Source: a candidate division Zixibacteria bacterium RBG_16_53_22 (lineage in GTDB: Bacteria; Zixibacteria; MSB-5A5; UBA10806). From it: a DNA stretch of 64,000 nucleotides. The DNA lies in contig MEWP01000130.1 in assembly GCA_001775395.1 (NCBI GenBank), positions 74,921-138,920 of the forward strand, written 5' to 3'. A program made the position numbers and the translations under genes. The notes under the pieces are model-generated. The model did not search any database. It was not told the origin of the DNA and saw only the letters and a program-made list of their open reading frames with translations. Positions within the stretch are counted from its first letter, which is position 1. Each line of letters opens with the position of its first letter. This document shows, one piece after another, positions 48,330 to 57,716 of the stretch.

Positions 48330-50278
48330 ATCTTGATTCCCCTTAAAAGGAGATTAAGCAGGCCACCGACCGTGATGGCAAAGGGAATAATGAAGAGAAC
48401 CATTCCGAGCGCGGTCTTGAGTCCCCGCTCTTTAATAATGATGAAGAAATTGGCTATACAAGGAACGAATAGCGTAATGACAGTCATAGCGACAACCGTG
48501 CTGATCGGATCGAGCAGACCCTGGTCGAATAGCCCCTTGAATCCGGCAGCGCCGTAGTCACGCCGCAAGAATCCTAAAATGAAAGCCTCTGACGACTTGG
48601 CCGGCAGTCCCAGGATATTTACTACAACGGGGCTGAATGCCTTTTCGAGAATTTTCAGCGCGCCCAGCCTGTCGAGCGTGAAAAGTATCAGCGTGCCCAG
48701 GACAAAAAGCGGCACAGCCTCCCTCAGATACCATTCAAGACGCATAAGGGTCTTGACAACAACGTTTCTGGCCTGTGGTAACCGGAGCGGCGGAATTTCG
48801 AGGATGAAGTCTGATGACCGGCCGGGTATTACTTTCGAAGAAATGTAGCCGACTATGAATAGCACCATCAGGATGACCCCCAGCCAGATCATCACGGCCA
48901 GGCCCGATATTGCGCCGAGGATACCGAGCGTGACTCCCAGTTGAGCGGAGCACGGTATGGCCAGGGCCAGCAGGAAAGTCACAAGGACCTTCTCCTTCTT
49001 GGTGGAGAGGATTCTGGTGGTTAGGACAGCCATGGTATCGCAACCAAGTCCCAGGACCATGGGTAACACGGCACGGCCGTTGAGGCCAATCTTCTTGAAA
49101 ATGCGATCGACCATGAATGCCAGCCGCGGCAGATAGCCGGAATCCTCGAGAATGCCGAAAGCCAGGAAAAAGGTGGTGACTATGGGCAAGATCAGGGCCA
49201 GGGCGTAAGTCAAGGCCATGGTGATAATTCCATACTCGCCTACGAATAGATCGCGCAAGAACGCCCAGGGAATATACGAGAATAACTTTGTAAACAGCGG
49301 ATTGATCAAGGAGCCGAACAGCCTGTTCTCGAATAAGCCGACCAGCGTCTGGGCGCCGAAAACGCCCACGAAATAATAAAGGCCGATTATGACAAGCATC
49401 AAAATCGGCACGCCGTAAACCGGGTGCTGAGAGGTTATGCCAAGCGCTCGGAAAAACCGTGTTGCCGGTGAACCCTTCGCGGACACCACCCGTTGCACGA
49501 GGCGCTGGGCCTCCTCATTTCTGGCCTTGGCGATTATGAAACCGATAGGCTCCGCGAGCGAGCGCTCGAGCTGCTTCTTATAATTCTCCAGTCGTTTAAT
49601 CGTATCGGCCGGATAGATTGACTTGATTGATGGCGGCAGGCCATTGTCGCCGCTCAAAAAGCTGAGAAGAATTCCCCGGGAATTTCCGTTAGTCGAGGCC
49701 AGCTCGCGCGACAGCACCTCGAGGGCATCTTCGATAACCGCTCCAAAGCCGAAATTCAGGCTTGGCACGGCCGCCTTTTTCAGCGAGCGCTTGAGTTCCT
49801 CGATTCCGGCCCGCTGTGTGGCGATAGTCGGAATTACCGGCACTCCTACCGCCTGTGATAAGGCAGGAATATTGATCTTGATGCCTGAGGAGGAAGCCTC
49901 ATCGGCCATGTTGAGAGCTACTACCGCCTTGCGCTTGAACTCCGCCAGTTGCGACAGGAGCACCAATCCCCGCAACAGATTCTTGGAATCTATAACGCAG
50001 ATGACTGTCGAATCGGGGTGGCTCAGGATTAAATCCCTGGTGACAATCTCGTCATCGGAGATTGGCGAAAGTGTATCCGCCCCGGGAGAATCGAAAATCT
50101 CCCGCGGGACACCATCGATTCTCATCCAGCCTACGGCGTAATCAACCGTCGTGCCAGGGTAATTGGAAACCTCGACGTATCTCCCTGAAAGGACTCCGAA
50201 TAGCGCCGATTTGCCGACATTGGGATTACCAACGAGTAATACCGGTGGCAGAGTTGATTTAGTCTGGCGAGTTGTCAT
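48323..50278 (-). CDS. feoB: Ferrous iron transporter FeoB (N-terminal G-domain + polytopic permease)
   Basis: 'VLLVGNPNVGKSALFGVLSG' G1, 'YPGTTVD', 'DSPG'; 651 aa, about 10 TM. Confidence 0.95.
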   Translation of the reverse strand: MTTRQTKSTLPPVLLVGNPNVGKSALFGVLSGRYVEVSNYPGTTVDYAVGWMRIDGVPREIFDSPGADTLSPISDDEIVTRDLILSHPDSTVICVIDSKNLLRGLVLLSQLAEFKRKAVVALNMADEASSSGIKINIPALSQAVGVPVIPTIATQRAGIEELKRSLKKAAVPSLNFGFGAVIEDALEVLSRELASTNGNSRGILLSFLSGDNGLPPSIKSIYPADTIKRLENYKKQLERSLAEPIGFIIAKARNEEAQRLVQRVVSAKGSPATRFFRALGITSQHPVYGVPILMLVIIGLYYFVGVFGAQTLVGLFENRLFGSLINPLFTKLFSYIPWAFLRDLFVGEYGIITMALTYALALILPIVTTFFLAFGILEDSGYLPRLAFMVDRIFKKIGLNGRAVLPMVLGLGCDTMAVLTTRILSTKKEKVLVTFLLALAIPCSAQLGVTLGILGAISGLAVMIWLGVILMVLFIVGYISSKVIPGRSSDFILEIPPLRLPQARNVVVKTLMRLEWYLREAVPLFVLGTLILFTLDRLGALKILEKAFSPVVVNILGLPAKSSEAFILGFLRRDYGAAGFKGLFDQGLLDPISTVVAMTVITLFVPCIANFFIIIKERGLKTALGMVLFIIPFAITVGGLLNLLLRGIKIW

Positions 50279-50357
50279 GATACAACATTAGAACAAGCCA
50301 CGGGGCTTTATGGTAACCGTTTTTTGATCCCTTGATGCGAAAATGGCCCCAAAAAGC

Positions 50358-50783
50358 CTATTGGCATTTTTTGCAGAGGCCGTAGACCTCAAGGCGATGC
50401 CCCATCGGCTTGAATCCCACTCCCGAGGAGACTTGTTTGATGGCCTTGTCGATTGCGCCAACCACAAATTCCTCTGTCTTGCCGCAACTGGTGCATATCA
50501 GATGCCCATGCTGGCCCTTGTCGAATGCCTTCTCGAATCGGGCTCTGCCATCGCCGAAATTAACCTCCCGGGCCAACCCGGCCTCGGTAAGCAGTCTTAA
50601 AGTGCGATAGACCGTGGAGAAGCCAATTCTGGGGTCGGATTTTCTGATAATGGCATGAAGCTCATCGGCGGAAACGTGCTTCATGTTGGCCAGGAAAACC
50701 TCGAGGATCTTCTCGCGCTGTCCCGTCTGCTTCAGACCCTTCTGCTTGAGGAAATTTACCAGTAGTTCTTGTTCTCGTTTCAT
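50358..50783 (-). CDS. fur: Fur-family transcriptional regulator (Fur/Zur/PerR)
   Basis: 141 aa; 'GQREKILEVFLANMKHVSADELHAI...STVYRTLRLLTEAGL', 'HGHLICTSCGKTEEF', C-terminal 'CKKC'. Confidence 0.9.
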   Translation of the reverse strand: MKREQELLVNFLKQKGLKQTGQREKILEVFLANMKHVSADELHAIIRKSDPRIGFSTVYRTLRLLTEAGLAREVNFGDGRARFEKAFDKGQHGHLICTSCGKTEEFVVGAIDKAIKQVSSGVGFKPMGHRLEVYGLCKKCQ

Positions 50784-50848
50784 ATTCTTCCTTCAACTGT
50801 TATTGGCCCACAAATCCTGTTCAAATCCCATTCACGTTACTGACATTG

Positions 50849-50890
50849 AATATCAAATTCAAGGATATTAAAAATAACTACTGTTGTCAA
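50849..50890 (-). promoter_or_regulatory. Candidate fur promoter/operator: minus-strand -35 TTGACA (50890-50885) and AT-rich inverted repeat AATATC-N9-GATATT (50849-50869) overlapping the predicted -10
   Basis: Read directly; Fur-box-like AT-rich palindrome about 80 nt upstream of fur ATG. Confidence 0.3.
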
Positions 50891-50967
50891 GTAAATTTTG
50901 TGGAATTTTTCACAAGGTAGGGGGCGCATTTCGCTTGACGCCTCAGCGAGGGCTTTGTTAGCGGCTC

Positions 50968-52422
50968 TTAGTCCATGGTCCTGTAATTAGGCGCCTCCTT
51001 CATGATCTTGACATCATGGGGGTGGCTCTCGCGGAGCCCCGCGCCCGTGATACGCAAAAATCTGGCTTTCGATTTGAGGGTAGCTATATCTTTGGCGCCG
51101 CAGATACCCATGCCGGCCCTCAGGCCACCCATAAGCTGAAACACCGAATCGGCCACCGAACCCTTGAACGGCACCCTCCCCACTATACCCTCAGGCACCA
51201 TCTTGCCCGATTCGGTCTGTTGGAAATACCTGTCGGCGCTCCCCTTTCGCATCGACTCGATCGAACCCATCCCCTGATAAACCTTGTAAGAGCGACCCTC
51301 GATGAGTATGGTTTCGCCGGGCGATTCCTCGGTCCCGGCCAAAAGCGAGCCAATCATGACAGAATCGGCCCCGGCTGCCAGAGCCTTGGTGATATCCCCT
51401 GAGTATTTGATTCCGCCATCGGCGACCAGCGGGACATTATGTTTCTGGCAGACCGGCGCGCAATCCATGATTGCAGTGATCTGCGGGATTCCGGCTCCGG
51501 TAACGACCCTGGTGGTGCAGATCGATCCCGGGCCGATTCCGACCTTGACCGCTGAAACGCCGGCCGAAATCAGGTCCGCGGCGCCCTCGGCGGTGCCGAC
51601 ATTGCCTCCCATAATATCGATATTCGAGAACTTCGCGCGCAGCTTTTCTATCGCCGTGATGACACCCTCGGAGTGGCCATGCGATGAATCAATCGCGATA
51701 AGGTCTGCGCCAGCCTCGATAAGAGCCTGGGCGCGATCGAGCATGTCGCCGGTCACCCCTACCGCCGCCCCCACCCGCAGGCGCCCGCGCTGGTCCTTGC
51801 AGGCGTTGGGATATTGGATCCGTTTCATGATATCCTTGACAGTAATCATCCCCTTGAGATTACCCTCGGAGTCGACTATGAGGAGCTTTTCGATCCGATG
51901 TTTGTGCAGAAGCTCCTTGGCGCTTTCGAGGTCAGTACCCTCGGTGACAGTGATAAGATTGTCCTTAGTCATTACATCGGAGATGGGCACCGCGGGGTTG
52001 TTATGAAATCTCAGGTCGCGATTGGTGAGGATACCTACCAGTTTTCCTTGGCGGGTTATTGGTATGCCGGAAATTGAGAATTTTTTCATGGTCTCCAGGG
52101 CCTGGCCCAGGGGAGCGTCGGGGGGAAGCGTGATGGGATCAACAATCATGCCCGATTCGGAGCGCTTGACCTTGTCGATTTCGAATGCCTGTTCCTGGAT
52201 CGAGAGATTCTTATGAACAATGCCGACCCCGCCCTGCCGCGCCAGCGCGATTGCCAATGCCGATTCGGTGACGGTGTCCATGGCCGCGGAGACCAGCGGA
52301 ATATTCATGGCGATGTTCCTGGTCAAACTGGTGCCAAGGCCTATCTGGTGAGGCAGGACCGATGACTTGGCTGGAATCAGTAGAACATCGTCAAACGTTA
52401 AAGCCTCTCTAATAGGTTCCAT
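50968..52422 (-). CDS. guaB: Inosine-5'-monophosphate dehydrogenase with CBS pair
   Basis: '[16 protein letters not shown]', CBS region, '[11 protein letters not shown]' catalytic loop, '[12 protein letters not shown]'. Confidence 0.95.
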   Translation of the reverse strand: MEPIREALTFDDVLLIPAKSSVLPHQIGLGTSLTRNIAMNIPLVSAAMDTVTESALAIALARQGGVGIVHKNLSIQEQAFEIDKVKRSESGMIVDPITLPPDAPLGQALETMKKFSISGIPITRQGKLVGILTNRDLRFHNNPAVPISDVMTKDNLITVTEGTDLESAKELLHKHRIEKLLIVDSEGNLKGMITVKDIMKRIQYPNACKDQRGRLRVGAAVGVTGDMLDRAQALIEAGADLIAIDSSHGHSEGVITAIEKLRAKFSNIDIMGGNVGTAEGAADLISAGVSAVKVGIGPGSICTTRVVTGAGIPQITAIMDCAPVCQKHNVPLVADGGIKYSGDITKALAAGADSVMIGSLLAGTEESPGETILIEGRSYKVYQGMGSIESMRKGSADRYFQQTESGKMVPEGIVGRVPFKGSVADSVFQLMGGLRAGMGICGAKDIATLKSKARFLRITGAGLRESHPHDVKIMKEAPNYRTMD

Positions 52423-52509
52423 TACTGCAAACCTCCTATATGATGAAAAGCGACTTCCCCGTTCCGGCCCGATCGAACAAGAGGAAGCGCGCTTTCCGAA
52501 ACGACTATT

Positions 52510-53232
52510 CTAATTACTTTCTTCCTCGGTCCAGGTCAGGATTCTGCCGCAACTGTCACACGAGAAAATGCGGTCGCCCCGCCTGATCTCCTGGATCCGC
52601 TGGGGAGGAATCTGCTTGAAGCAGCCGCTGCAAGCTCTTTTGCGAATCGGCACGACCGCCATGCCGCCCTTGCCCTTGCGGACACGCTCGTAGACCCCGA
52701 CCACCTGCTTGTTGATATCCTTGATGAGGTCTCGGCGCTTTTCGAGCTTATCCTCGATCTTGGCCTGCAGGGTCGATTCCTGGGCCCGCAGTTGGATAAG
52801 CTGTTCGCCATTTCTCGACTGGACTTCCTTGAGCGAATTCTGCAGCACGGCCAACTTTTCCCTGGCCTCATCGGCCGAGGACATCAAGGCCAGGATCTTC
52901 TCTTCCTTGTCGGCGATGCTCAACTTCTTGGAGTCGATCTCGGCCGTCAGCGCGTCGTATTCCTTGTTGGTCTTTATAACCCGCATTTGCTTTTGATACT
53001 TTTCAAGCTCCTGCTTTTCGGATTCGATCTCAAGCTCCCATAACTTCTGTTGGCGCTGGCTTTCCTCGAGTATCTTTTCATTCTCCGCCACCGCCTGGCC
53101 CATGCCGGCAACCTCCATTTCGAGATTGCCGATCATTTCGGGCAAGTATATTTTCGAGCGCTCCAATTCGCCCAACTGATCATCGATTTCCTGAAGACTC
53201 AAAAGCAACGTAAGGTCCTTCTGCAAAGTCAA
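52510..53232 (-). CDS. COG1579-type coiled-coil protein with C-terminal C4 zinc ribbon
   Basis: 240 aa; long coiled-coil; 'CSGCFKQIPPQRIQEIRRGDRIFSCDSCGRIL'. Confidence 0.8.
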   Translation of the reverse strand: MTLQKDLTLLLSLQEIDDQLGELERSKIYLPEMIGNLEMEVAGMGQAVAENEKILEESQRQQKLWELEIESEKQELEKYQKQMRVIKTNKEYDALTAEIDSKKLSIADKEEKILALMSSADEAREKLAVLQNSLKEVQSRNGEQLIQLRAQESTLQAKIEDKLEKRRDLIKDINKQVVGVYERVRKGKGGMAVVPIRKRACSGCFKQIPPQRIQEIRRGDRIFSCDSCGRILTWTEEESN

Positions 53233-53387
53233 CCTCCATTTATAGATAAAAAAATGCGCCCAAATGGACGCATGACATTGCCGCGGTTCCTCATTTCGTA
53301 TCCCCCACTAATCCGGCAATACTCGGCCGGAGAGGGGTCAATATTGACTGCGGGAATCGTACACCTGCCTTTTTTCATATTATCAAA

Positions 53388-53464
53388 TGGTGGGCAATAC
53401 TGGACTCGAACCAGTGACCTTTCGGATGTGAACCGAACGCTCTAACCAACTGAGCTAATCGCCC
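53388..53464 (-). tRNA. tRNA-Val (anticodon CAC), CCA encoded
   Basis: Reverse complement GGGCGATTAGCTCAGTTGGTTAGAGCGTTCGGTTCACATCCGAAAGGTCACTGGTTCGAGTCCAGTATTGCCCACCA folds as cloverleaf; anticodon loop TTCACAT. Confidence 0.85.
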
Positions 53465-53484
53465 ATTACCAATTAGCTAAAACA

Positions 53485-53558
53485 TGGGCCCACCAGGGCT
53501 CGAACCTGGGACCCACAGATTATGAGTCTGTTGCTCTAACCAACTGAGCTATGGGCCC
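53485..53558 (-). tRNA. tRNA-Met (anticodon CAT; elongator Met or Ile2-lysidine type, not initiator-like), no encoded CCA
   Basis: Reverse complement GGGCCCATAGCTCAGTTGGTTAGAGCAACAGACTCATAATCTGTGGGTCCCAGGTTCGAGCCCTGGTGGGCCCA; anticodon stem ACAGA/TCTGT lacks the 3 GC pairs of initiator tRNA. Confidence 0.8.
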
Positions 53559-53915
53559 GTAACTCTTGGCCTTATATTATTCGCCGGCGATGGTTGTGTC
53601 AAGTCTTTTCACCGCCATGTATCTATGGGGGAATAATGTGCGATTTCCATTGTTCGGCCATCATCCCGCATCGACGCAAGGAAAAAGCAAGAGCCGGAAT
53701 GCTCAATCCGACAAATGCTTAAGATGACCTATTGCGACTATTGAAATCCACCAATGGTGCCGACTCGAGGCCTTGCAAATGCGGTCGCCGGCAGTTTCAG
53801 GGTCGCGGCGAATTATGTCGGGCGCCTGTCACCATTGCCTGAAAGCAACAATATCCTTTTTCGAAACCCTCGATTGTCTGTAGAGTATCTTTCATCTCCA
53901 CATAGACTTACTGCA

Positions 53916-55031
53916 TCAACTGCAAGCGACTCGAACACGCTGGTCGTACTTGAGCAAGATCAAGAGAGCATAATAGGTTATCCATTTCGAGGGTTTGCCC
54001 TTTTCTTCTATCTCGACCCACATCTTGTTGTTGAGAGAGAATTCCAGATTCCAACGGCCGTCCGGCTTCATCTTGCCTCGTATGGCATTTATGGCGTCGT
54101 CCATGCGCGGATCATATTCTATATTGGCCTCTAACAACGAGCGCATCGCTTCGAGAACGTCGGAATTGTAGTCCAGGGGAAAGCCGAAACGCAGCCATAT
54201 GTCCTTTGGATTATTATCCTCGCCCGGCCTCCTGAATTTCTCTCTTTCCTTCAAGAGAGCTTCGGCAATCGCCGATCTCGTTTCAGATTGCAGGGACGCC
54301 CGTCGAATTTTCCTCTCGCGACTTTTTTTATAATCAATCCATTCCTTTTGAAGCTTGGGAACGTAAAAATAAACGCGTTTATCCAGAAGCTGCCTTACGC
54401 AAATGTCCTTGGCCCGCTCGATTATCGGATTGGCCTCGGGATATTTGGCGAGCGCCATCAATACTTTGGGCAGCGCCAAATGACATTTCGGAACCAATGA
54501 GAATTCGACATCTCTGCAATCTATACCCTCATGTCTGATTATGGATCTGCCGATATTTTCGATAATCCCCTTCACCCTGATATCCAAATTGTATCCCAGG
54601 TTGGCAAGCCCTCTCGATATATTGGCCATCAAACACGCCCAGCCGGTGCTTTCCTTGGCAAGGGCCTCCTGCCAGGTTTGATCGTTCAAAATGTATTCGC
54701 ATCCATCTCTGATAGCCGGTTCGCCGCCATCGGCATTCAAGTCGCCGAGAAATATTATCTGCCAATACCCTCCTTTGTATTTTCGATATAGCCTCGTGTC
54801 GCTCTTCCAGAATATATCCCGCTTTCTGAGTATTCCCTGGATAGCGGGATAGGAATTCAGCTTGCTTCTCTCTTCTACCAGGTTTTCCTCCGGCATCATC
54901 AAGATATTCTTCATTGTGAGGTATCTGACAGGTGGATTATCCCTCTGGCAAAGCCAGTCGACTACTTCGGACGGGATCGACACAATGCCGTCCACCTGTC
55001 TAATCCCGTTCTTAAGGCGCGCTATTTTCAT
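53916..55031 (-). CDS. Hypothetical protein (no family recognised); probable start at internal ATG 55031 preceded by GAGGAGGAG (track start 55112 is TTG)
   Basis: Long ORF with good coding character; strong SD 6 nt upstream of internal ATG; 16-nt overlap with bioY end. Confidence 0.45.
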   Translation of the reverse strand: MKIARLKNGIRQVDGIVSIPSEVVDWLCQRDNPPVRYLTMKNILMMPEENLVEERSKLNSYPAIQGILRKRDIFWKSDTRLYRKYKGGYWQIIFLGDLNADGGEPAIRDGCEYILNDQTWQEALAKESTGWACLMANISRGLANLGYNLDIRVKGIIENIGRSIIRHEGIDCRDVEFSLVPKCHLALPKVLMALAKYPEANPIIERAKDICVRQLLDKRVYFYVPKLQKEWIDYKKSRERKIRRASLQSETRSAIAEALLKEREKFRRPGEDNNPKDIWLRFGFPLDYNSDVLEAMRSLLEANIEYDPRMDDAINAIRGKMKPDGRWNLEFSLNNKMWVEIEEKGKPSKWITYYALLILLKYDQRVRVACS

Positions 55032-55045
55032 ACGAATTCTCCTCC

Positions 55046-55690
55046 TCAACACCCGATTTTGCCGAAATTGGCTGGGCGCCCTTTTCGACAATGATAGATA
55101 AGGCTTGAACAAAATGATATTTTTAATAAATCGTGAAAAACAAACGGCAACGCCCCGAGCCGGAGCAGATCCGGAACCGATGGATCAACCCCATTGATAT
55201 TGGCTACCCACGCGCGCAATTGAATCAAGCCGGGGATATAAATTAAAATGAAATTGGCGGCCGAGGTTGTTACCACTATTTTCAACACCGTTGGCTTCCT
55301 CATCCGATGAAATGCCTCTCCCATAAAAAGCGCCGCCAGGACGAATCCGATTAGGTAACCCGAGGTGGGACCCGAAAATACGGCCAGGCCCCCTTTCCAT
55401 TCGCTGAACCAGGGAATACCGCCAACGCCCCCGACCAGGTAAATCAACTGGCTTACTCCTCCCCACCATCTTCCCAACAAGTATCCCGATACAAGGACAG
55501 CGATCGTCTGCCCGGTCAACGGCACGGGAGTCCACGGAAGCTGCACGCGAATTTGCGCAAGCGCCCCTGTCATAATGGCCATGAAAAAGGCATAATAGAG
55601 ACATCGGTGAATACCGGCGGTTCTTGTTTGGCCGCCGATAAGTCTCGCTCCAAACTCATTATCGCAGCAGATTCGGCCGTTATACCTCAT
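55046..55690 (-). CDS. bioY: BioY-family biotin transporter (ECF S-component-like)
   Basis: 'LPWTPVPLTGQTIAVLVSGYLLG', 'GGIPWF..GGLAVFSGPTSGYLIGFVLAALFMG' typical BioY; start may be at a later Met. Confidence 0.8.
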   Translation of the reverse strand: MRYNGRICCDNEFGARLIGGQTRTAGIHRCLYYAFFMAIMTGALAQIRVQLPWTPVPLTGQTIAVLVSGYLLGRWWGGVSQLIYLVGGVGGIPWFSEWKGGLAVFSGPTSGYLIGFVLAALFMGEAFHRMRKPTVLKIVVTTSAANFILIYIPGLIQLRAWVANINGVDPSVPDLLRLGALPFVFHDLLKISFCSSLIYHCRKGRPANFGKIGC

Positions 55691-55853
55691 ATCTCTCCGG
55701 GCAAATTACCGTATTAATAGAGAACTCCCTTGTGAAATATAATGGACCGACCTCCCCATTGATTGCCGATGCGGGTGACTCGTGCATTGGGGAAGTTATC
55801 AGATGAGGAGGCCGATACCATATCTTTCCTTGCTCAATTACCAACTCTGACGA

Positions 55854-56228
55854 TCAAACAAATTGTTTGCATGCCTTAATATGCCCTCTTATCCCGGCAA
55901 ATTCCTCCCGACCACATGCGATAGCGGACAGCATCTCTGCCGCGGCCAGGCCGGCTTCAGGCGATCTATTCGGTGCCGCAGGATAAATCACGTGTCGGCC
56001 CTGCGGGATGGGCCTTGAGTAATTTTCCCGCGGCTCCCGAATTTCATCAATTAACTGCTTCCTTTTCAACGGTCCTGACCTGTTGCGATACAGAATGATC
56101 GTGCTCGATAAGGGCCACGATTCAATCTCCTGGACCATGGTCGGCTCGTATGCTTCATCACAAAGTTGCCCCGGCTGTACCTGGCCCCATGAGTTTAACA
56201 CAGGGCCGCTGAAAACAGGAGTTGCCAC
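55854..56228 (-). CDS. Hypothetical protein (weak call)
   Basis: 124-aa ORF in otherwise empty 650-nt interval; no recognisable motifs. Confidence 0.25.
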   Translation of the reverse strand: MATPVFSGPVLNSWGQVQPGQLCDEAYEPTMVQEIESWPLSSTIILYRNRSGPLKRKQLIDEIREPRENYSRPIPQGRHVIYPAAPNRSPEAGLAAAEMLSAIACGREEFAGIRGHIKACKQFV

Positions 56229-56336
56229 CAGGTAATGTTCCTGAAGATCTGTCGCAGGAATTTCAGATCAACTGTAAAGCCCTTGTGACGAATCGACTCG
56301 CTTGCACGTCGTTTGGCGCCCGGCTTGTATAGCATG

Positions 56337-56963
56337 TCAGTTCTCTGGCACTTTTGTCTCCTTCTTGGTTATCCTCAATTCGGTTGTAATTCGGGCAATC
56401 TCAATGCTCGGATCAAGCTGCAGCGAATCCGGAGATAGGTATTTTCCCAACGATGCCAATTGATCGCGATCTAAGACCTTACTGGCATTGGTGATACATT
56501 CCAAATCCGCCGTGATGTAATCCGAAAGGAATCCATAATATTCTTTGATAAGGCTTTTGATCGCCAGGCCGTTGATGTCCGACCAGTCCGTGGAAACCTT
56601 GCTTATCTCTTGAAGCCGGATCTCGGCTTGAGCCCGAGCCTCGAGCATCTTTCGTTGTCCCAGTTGTACCACTGATTTAAGGCGCCTGGCCTGCGATTCG
56701 GAAAGACCAAGATCTTCTCGGCGGTCCAGAATCTGGCATACCCGAGTCCTGGGTAATGGCGGCACAGTCTGGGCAACGCCTATTGCCGAGAAACTCCAGA
56801 CTCCAAGCGCCGCTATGACAAAAATTAATAGCTGTTCAACGATTTTGCTTTTTGCAGTGCAGGACATCCTCTCGAGATATCCCTCATAAAGATTCCCTTG
56901 CTTAATGGCTGCGTAAGTCGCTTGCAACAACATCGAATAACCCTCCGCCCCCCGGTAGTCCAA
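56337..56963 (-). CDS. Hypothetical exported/periplasmic protein (N-terminal hydrophobic segment; Spy/CpxP-like 'LSESQARRLK...' helix pattern, tentative)
   Basis: 208 aa; TM/signal 'LLIFVIAALGVWSFSAIGVA'; helical repeats. Confidence 0.4.
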   Translation of the reverse strand: MDYRGAEGYSMLLQATYAAIKQGNLYEGYLERMSCTAKSKIVEQLLIFVIAALGVWSFSAIGVAQTVPPLPRTRVCQILDRREDLGLSESQARRLKSVVQLGQRKMLEARAQAEIRLQEISKVSTDWSDINGLAIKSLIKEYYGFLSDYITADLECITNASKVLDRDQLASLGKYLSPDSLQLDPSIEIARITTELRITKKETKVPEN

Positions 56964-57055
56964 ACACGATTGTCACTCGTTCGCCTCTAATACGAATATG
57001 TAGCTCGGAAGTGACAATAAATAATCAACTGAAATTCCATTTCTCTCGTCCGCCT

Positions 57056-57074
57056 ATTGACAGTAATTGACAGT
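57056..57074. promoter_or_regulatory. Tandem direct repeat ATTGACAGT-a-ATTGACAGT (10-bp periodicity) in the 480-nt intergenic region upstream of minus-strand gene 56337-56963
   Basis: Read directly at 57056-57064 and 57066-57074; contains two TTGACA hexamers. Confidence 0.3.
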
Positions 57075-57440
57075 TTGAATTAACCGCAATCCTACCGGCA
57101 GCCGGCCTGCGCGAGTGACCCCGGCAGGCCGCGTCATCGGACTGACAAGAACGATTACGCTCGCTTCCGATATGACCCGGCGAATCAAATTATGCGATTT
57201 CCCTTAGAACGGTTCGCCGGAGTCTCCATAATCAGCTCCTCCGCAAATACAGTTGCGACTTCAATCCTGTATCGATTGTTAAGCGTTATATTTGCCAGGG
57301 CCCCCTCCCTCCAGGGTGCCCCGGCCACGCGCCTCCTTTGATTGCCGCCGGAGACGCTTCTCAGACTTTCTCTCGCCGAAAATTGGCGTAACTATCATCA
57401 ATGACAATTAAGTCAGGCTGCCTATTTTCAATCCTCATCT

Positions 57441-57716
57441 TCATTGTATTGGCGGGCAGTCCTCGCACCATCGCAGCGCCGGCTGTACCTGCTTGAGATA
57501 GGCCACGTAGTAGGTGATATCGACCCCGTTAAACCTGCAGTCCCCATTGACATCGCCGGCCGCAAAGAACGGGTCTGTCACCCAGGTGCAGGGTGGAACG
57601 CAATCGACCAGCGGTTGATTGGCGCCTTTGAAATAGGCTACCCCATAAGTAACGTCAAGACCATTGGCGCGCCCATCGTCGTTTATATCTCCTACAATGT
57701 AGTCACAGCCTGCAGG
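57441..57716 (-). repeat. Copy 1 of a roughly 270-nt conserved 3'-terminal gene segment (Cys-rich dockerin-like module), roughly 80-85% nt identity among copies (by eye); coordinates approximate
   Basis: Compare 57470-57540 with 59010-59070 and 60860-60930 (e.g. 'cttgagataggccacgtagtaggtgatatcgaccccgtt'). Confidence 0.7.
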
